DNA of 48,161 nt from a virus (taxonomy: Duplodnaviria; Caudoviricetes). Positions 45,216 to 48,161 of the stretch are shown one piece after another. The stretch spans positions 1 to 48,161 of the IMG/VR virus record IMGVR_UViG_3300009095_000021, one strand, 5' to 3'. The notes beneath the pieces are model-generated. The model did no database searches, was not told the origin of the DNA, and saw only the letters and a list, made by a program, of their open reading frames with translations. Within the stretch, counting starts at the first letter, position 1; the number at the start of each line of letters is the position of its first letter. Made by a program: the position numbers and the translations under genes.

Positions 45216-45995
45216 ATGCCAGCACTTAGCAAACCCACCCTCGGGATCGTCTGGGCTCAAGCGGGCTTAGCCAACCCCTATGACGATCTTAAGCAGGCTC
45301 AGGGCTTCATTCCGGAAATCCCCGACTACGACAATTTCAACTGGCTGATGCAGCAGTTTAGTCAGATGAACAACTACCTGAACGAACAAGGTATCGGGGA
45401 TTACTCGGCAACGACCACCTACTGGCTGGGCAGTATCGTCAAAGACCCTGCTACCAAACAGCTGTACCAGTCGCAGGATGACGACAACCTGGGCAACGCC
45501 CTCAGCGACCCAGCGTTTTGGAGCAACGAATTTGTTGGCGGGGGCATCCGCTGGAGCACCGAAACCGCCAACTTTAACGCTGAAGCCGGGCGCGGTTACT
45601 TACTGGACGGCGGCCTTGTGGCCACTTTGCCGCTGGCCCCTAGCGACGGTGACGAAATCGACTTTGCCGACTACATGCGCGAATGGGGTGCTACACCTTC
45701 AACCGTAGCAGGCAACGGCAAGAACATTGAAGGCTCACCGTCCTACAGCTTGCGCCAAAACGGCTCCATGGTTCGTATGGTGTTCTCCACCGGAACTGAT
45801 GACTGGCAGGTCATCACCGTGGCGCATGAAAGCCCACACCTGGGGTTGAACTACCAAATTCGCACCAACCCGCAGATCATTAACGAGAACCTTACCATTG
45901 CAGCGACCGACAACGGCGGCAGCTTTGGCCCCATGACCATTGCCATAGGGTCTACTGTGACTGTAAGCCCTGGCGCGACCTGGAGTATTGTGTAA
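45216..45995 (+). CDS. Tail fibre protein (proximal part)
   Basis: WAQAG...FNWL baseplate-anchor N-terminus; TLPLAPSDGDEI module; C-terminal GPMTIAIGSTVTVSPGATWSIV. Confidence 0.75.
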   Translation: MPALSKPTLGIVWAQAGLANPYDDLKQAQGFIPEIPDYDNFNWLMQQFSQMNNYLNEQGIGDYSATTTYWLGSIVKDPATKQLYQSQDDDNLGNALSDPAFWSNEFVGGGIRWSTETANFNAEAGRGYLLDGGLVATLPLAPSDGDEIDFADYMREWGATPSTVAGNGKNIEGSPSYSLRQNGSMVRMVFSTGTDDWQVITVAHESPHLGLNYQIRTNPQIINENLTIAATDNGGSFGPMTIAIGSTVTVSPGATWSIV

Positions 45996-46387
45996 TGAGC
46001 ACATTGCGAGCAAACAACCTTACGCGCGCAGGCGGTAGTGGGATACCGGATTTAGGCGGCGTCGCTGCCAGCCGCCTTTTGCCAAGTGCTTGGGTGAACT
46101 TTAACGGCACGGGTGTTGTGGCTATTCGTGACCAACAGAACGTATCGTCAATTACCGATAACGGCGTTGGTGACTACACGGTAAACTTCACCACCCCTAT
46201 GGCTAACGCCAATTACAGCGCAGTACCAGTTTTTACTGATACTGTCATTGCCTCATGGGCGGCTGCGGTTACTCGCGCTAACGTACTTACTACTTCTGTG
46301 CGCGTTCAGCAATTGGGTTTCACTGGTTCAACAGTAGCAACTGACGGTGCCAATTGCAATCTAATAGTCTTCGGGGGCCAAGCATGA
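45995..46387 (+). CDS. Tail fibre tip-like protein, paralogue 1
   Basis: AWVNFNG...NVSSITDNGVGDYTVNFTTPMANANY. Confidence 0.7.
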   Translation: MSTLRANNLTRAGGSGIPDLGGVAASRLLPSAWVNFNGTGVVAIRDQQNVSSITDNGVGDYTVNFTTPMANANYSAVPVFTDTVIASWAAAVTRANVLTTSVRVQQLGFTGSTVATDGANCNLIVFGGQA

Positions 46388-46776
46388 GCACTTTAAAAGC
46401 CAACACCATCTTGGCGGCCAGCGGCCTTGCTGCCGACCCGGTGGCCATTCCAGGCTTGGACAAGCGCTTTGCCACGGCCTGGGTGAACTTTAACGGCCTG
46501 GGCGTCGTGGCTATTCGCAGCGCCTACAACGTTGCGAGCATCACCGATAACGGCGTGGGCGACTACACGGTAAACTTTACGACCCCGATGGCCAACGCCA
46601 ATTACGCACCGTCGTTTGCAGGACAACGCAATGTGGCGCTTGGCTCCCCCGACTCGGTTGTTGGTATCAACGGGGCACCGACCATTAACGGGCTGCGGGT
46701 TATCTGCAGTAACGGTATCGGTGGGTTGGAAGATTTTACAATTGTCAGCGCCCATATCATGGGGGGCCAAGCATGA
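46384..46776 (+). CDS. Tail fibre tip-like protein, paralogue 2
   Basis: Same core motif; ATGA overlap. Confidence 0.7.
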   Translation: MSTLKANTILAASGLAADPVAIPGLDKRFATAWVNFNGLGVVAIRSAYNVASITDNGVGDYTVNFTTPMANANYAPSFAGQRNVALGSPDSVVGINGAPTINGLRVICSNGIGGLEDFTIVSAHIMGGQA

Positions 46777-47141
46777 GCAGCCTTAATGTAAACGCCATTA
46801 ACGGCGTGGATGTTCAGAACCTCGCAAGCAAGGTGGCCCGCGCCTGGGTCAACTTTAACGGCGTGGGTGTTGTCGCAATTCGCAAAGCGTTAAACGTGTC
46901 GTCCATTACCGACAATGGCACGGGGCTTTTTGTCGTCAATTTTGCCACGCCCATGCCCGACGCGAATTTTGTAGGGGTGGGCAACTCTTCCAACTCTTCT
47001 GGCCATGGGGCTGCACTGTTGATAGACTCAGCAGTTACGTCTGTCGTAGCGCCTACTATTAACAGCATGGCCATCGTGCTGCACGCCTCCGGTCTCGGCG
47101 TGCAAGACAACCTGTACGTCAATATGGCTTTCTTTGATTGA
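46773..47141 (+). CDS. Tail fibre tip-like protein, paralogue 3
   Basis: Same core motif; ATGA overlap. Confidence 0.7.
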   Translation: MSSLNVNAINGVDVQNLASKVARAWVNFNGVGVVAIRKALNVSSITDNGTGLFVVNFATPMPDANFVGVGNSSNSSGHGAALLIDSAVTSVVAPTINSMAIVLHASGLGVQDNLYVNMAFFD

Positions 47142-47206
47142 CCTTTTACTAGTGCGGTGCTACACTGGCCGCGCTTTTCATACAACGCTCAAAAGGAGCA
47201 TGCAAC

Positions 47207-47755
47207 ATGACCCAGAAACTTGTATACGCCAACGCTGACGGTTCCATTTCTGTAGTACACCCTGCCCCTGGCGTTGCCATGGCGGATGTCATCAAAACTT
47301 CAGTGCCGGTTAAGCTGCTGCGCAGCGCTATCGTTGCGGTAGGCGTTGCCACCCCGTACCAAGCCAACGCGGGCGACTACATGGACGCGCGCATTGCCGA
47401 AATGAACCAGCTTTCGGTTGAGGTGGTTCCTTATCGCCTTGTGGCTGAGGCCGATATCCCGGCCGACCGCCTGTTTCGCGCCGCTTGGCGTGCGGGCGAA
47501 GAAGCTGGTGTAGTGGAAGACACCGCAACTGCTCAAGAAGTGGCCCATGAGCTGCGCCGCCAAAAGCGCGAAGAGGAATTTGCGCCGCTGGACAAGCAAA
47601 TCACTATTGTCATGGCAGACCCGGTCAAGGTGGCCGAAGTTGAAGCACAGCGCCAAGCCGTGCGTGACCGCTACGCCGAAGCCCAAGACGCCATTGACGT
47701 TTGCGGCGACACCGCTGCCTTGCGTGAAACGCTGGTGCAGCATTCCATCATCTAA
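47207..47755 (+). CDS. Tail fibre assembly chaperone-like protein
   Basis: DIPADRLFRAAW, REEEFAPLD...RQAVRD; last gene of the tail operon. Confidence 0.65.
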   Translation: MTQKLVYANADGSISVVHPAPGVAMADVIKTSVPVKLLRSAIVAVGVATPYQANAGDYMDARIAEMNQLSVEVVPYRLVAEADIPADRLFRAAWRAGEEAGVVEDTATAQEVAHELRRQKREEEFAPLDKQITIVMADPVKVAEVEAQRQAVRDRYAEAQDAIDVCGDTAALRETLVQHSII

Positions 47756-47766
47756 GCAGCAGGCAT

Positions 47767-47796
47767 GAAAAAGCCCCTCACTGGAGGGGCTTTTTA
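47767..47796. terminator. Bidirectional Rho-independent terminator
   Basis: AAAAAGCCCCTC-ACTG-GAGGGGCTTTTT between the convergent tail operon and deaminase gene. Confidence 0.85.
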
Positions 47797-47807
47797 TTGA
47801 GCGGCGT

Positions 47808-48161
47808 TTAATCCATCCAACGCCAAATACGCCCTTCGGCTTTCCAGACGGCTTCAACCCCGTCGCGGTCGGGCCAGTCGCGCGACACGGCCAGCACTTG
47901 CACCGGGCTGGCCAGCAGCGAAACCAAACACGACTTGCAAGGCGCGCGGCTGACAACGGCGGTGTGGAGCTTAGACCACCCGCCCGTGCCAGCAGCCAGC
48001 AGCAGCGCCGTTATTTCAGCGTGCTGCGCTAGGCAAGTTGAGCTGGCCCCGGCCAAGGTGCTGACCGGGTCGGTGTTGCAGTCACACGGCTTAACGTGCG
48101 CGTCGTAGCGGCTGTTAATGCCCGAGGCCAGCAGCGACCCCCCGGCAGAGTACAGCGCGCA
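47808..48161 (-). CDS. dCMP/cytidine deaminase family protein, 3' part (starts at 210 across the junction)
   Basis: CLAQHAEITALL...SRAPCKSC, the zinc-dependent deaminase HxE and PCxxC motifs. Confidence 0.85.
   Translation of the reverse strand, partial: CALYSAGGSLLASGINSRYDAHVKPCDCNTDPVSTLAGASSTCLAQHAEITALLLAAGTGGWSKLHTAVVSRAPCKSCLVSLLASPVQVLAVSRDWPDRDGVEAVWKAEGRIWRWMD
48039..48161. repeat. Terminal overlap, copy of 1-123
   Basis: Exact sequence identity. Confidence 0.95.

Noticed and set aside
48039-48161. 123-bp end repeat as a biological direct terminal repeat
   Set aside because: It lies in the middle of an intact deaminase gene, so it is most simply an assembler overlap of a circular or permuted genome

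Overview
Apparently a complete ~48.0 kb tailed-phage genome: bases 1-123 are repeated exactly at 48039-48161, giving a 48,038 bp circle or circularly permuted assembly. It has a contractile-tail (myovirus-type) structural module at 26.9-47.8 kb (+): terminase, portal, capsid, sheath, tube, baseplate and three paralogous fibre-tip genes. A leftward replication and metabolism arm at 13.6 kb to 0 (-) encodes a Cas4/DUF2800-like nuclease, SSB, family A DNA polymerase, VRR-NUC nuclease, SNF2 helicase and a KPAA-repeat histone-like protein. The middle holds a primase-helicase, two iteron-like clusters, promoter-cassette early genes (DenV, HAD phosphatase) and a divergent holin/endolysin pair. I saw no integrase, repressor, tRNA or CRISPR, so it is probably lytic. 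The host is probably Pseudomonas (inferred from AlgR-box and AlgP-like features). The standout is a tightly coupled four-gene nucleotide-modification operon crossing the window junction: NTP-pyrophosphatase/dNMP-kinase fusion, small-molecule SAM methyltransferase, a divergent dCMP-type thymidylate-synthase homologue lacking key folate-chemistry residues, and a dCMP deaminase. This suggests an uncharacterised pyrimidine modification pathway. All calls come from motif recognition by eye; no database searches were run.
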